Shown: piece by piece, positions 19,573-20,457 of the stretch | How positions within the stretch are numbered: position 1 is the first letter of the stretch | Layout: each line of letters opens with the position of its first letter | From: Asterionella formosa | Taxonomy: Eukaryota | Direction of reading: 5' to 3' | Assembly: GCA_002256025.1 (NCBI GenBank) | Contig: NKIB01012322.1 | Location: 62,001-82,457 of the forward strand | DNA length: 20,457 bases | Made by a program: the position numbers and the translations under genes | The notes under the pieces: generated by a model | The model's database searches: none | Seen by the model: the letters and a program-made list of their open reading frames with translations, nothing else | Told to the model about the DNA's origin: nothing

Positions 19573-19660
19573 CTCGTTTAGACTGGGTACCAGGTACCTG
19601 GTACATAAAGTCGTCGCTATGTAGTGCAGTGGTAGTTAACTAGCACCTTCGACAAAGCTC
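19390..19660. repeat. Diverged tandem repeat, ~2.5 units of 98-114 bp
   Basis: Units start with tacata(t/a)agtcgt at 19390, 19504 and 19602. They share ccttcgacaaa, ggtagttaactagc (units 1 and 3) and tagactgggtaccaggtacc (units 1 and 2). Confidence 0.85.
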
Positions 19661-19884
19661 AGTATATATACTGCCTTGTATAGAGTGGGTAATACCATCA
19701 CCTCTAATAGCTTTGTCATGAAATGAAATCCCTTGTTGTACCTCCCCAGTTTTCTAGTAATATGCATGTTAACATGCAAACCATGAAACTACTAGGAGAT
19801 AAAATAGTTAATAACAATTGAGGTACTAAACAAGCAAAGTAAATACTAAAGACATTGCAAATTTCAAAATTTCAATGAAATTAT

Positions 19885-20457
19885 TTAAACACACAGTAGT
19901 GAATGCCCACCAGTGCAACAATCTTTTATCAGATGCATGAGTATGTATGTCACTGTTTGGTCTTGGCCATATGGCTCATAAATTCGGTCTATTGCTGTGT
20001 TTGCAGGAGTAGTATCACCAGCACAAACTAGCATTGCAACTGTCTCCCACAGAATTTAGCACCAGCAGTAAATAAATTTCAGTCTACTCCTTTCAACCCT
20101 TGTAAATAGCCTTTCTGGCTTTTGCCCTCCACTCCCACCCTCCCTTTCCTGTCAACTCACAACTAGCATCTTTGGTGTCTTAGCCACTACTATTGTACTA
20201 GACTGGATCAACAGCCATTTTACTTTCCAAATCGTTTTACTTTGGGTTAAAGTACTGAAAGACTATTTAGGTTTAAGCAAATGATGGAATCTAATTTAAT
20301 CAAGACAACGTTAAGCAATATTTTTCTTAAACTTTGTAGACAAGCATGCACAGTCCTTAATTCATATGTAGATGACTGCATGTGTCACTACAGAAGGAAA
20401 GAGATTTACCAGCATTAGTCTACTGGTACTATGTTAACAATATGCTGGTAATAACAG
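19885..20457 (-). mobile_element. 3' remnant of a Crypton-like transposon ORF with a GCR1_C-like C-terminal DNA-binding domain; probably runs off the window end
   Basis: A single frame, 20181 to 19885, reads KTPKMLVVS*QEREGGSGGQKPERLFTRVERSRLKFIYCWC*ILWETVAMLVCAGDTTPANTAIDRIYEPYGQDQTVTYILMHLIKDCCTGGHSLLCV*. This fits the recalled pattern PxxLxxLWxExxxGxGGxKPxxxFTxxER...YxRRKxxW...AIDxIYxxYG...VT...DxxxGGH. A coiled-coil-like segment (YELRTVHACLQSLRK) lies upstream. Confidence 0.65.

Overview
Eukaryotic genomic DNA, most likely from a stramenopile such as a diatom. This rests on short GT-AG introns, gene content and stramenopile-type transposon remnants, and is an inference. Four intact-looking protein genes are present. 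(1) A 5-exon PCMTD-like isoaspartyl methyltransferase-domain gene at 5525-7704 (+), reconstructed as 505 aa. (2) A convergent 2-exon SDP1/TGL4-like patatin triacylglycerol lipase at 7895-10633 (-), 881 aa. (3) An intronless, bacterial-looking GH3 beta-glucosidase at about 14848-17448 (+). (4) A convergent 271-aa orphan ORF at 17605-18420 (-) built from a duplicated ~121-aa module. The intervals 1-5 kb, 11.6-14.6 kb and 19-20.5 kb are AT-rich, CpG-eroded transposon graveyards. They hold a 4 x 115-bp tandem array, a tRNA-Ala-derived Pol III-type element followed by a structured tail, and two different Crypton-like C-terminal domain remnants. They also hold a frameshifted P2X7-ballast/KolX-like gene between imperfect inverted ends, a 150-bp foldback MITE-like element and a solo pogo-like terminus. 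The palindrome TACCGGTA occurs 10 times, always outside coding sequence and on the 5' side of all four genes. Family calls for the degenerate remnants come from recalled motif patterns and need HMM confirmation.
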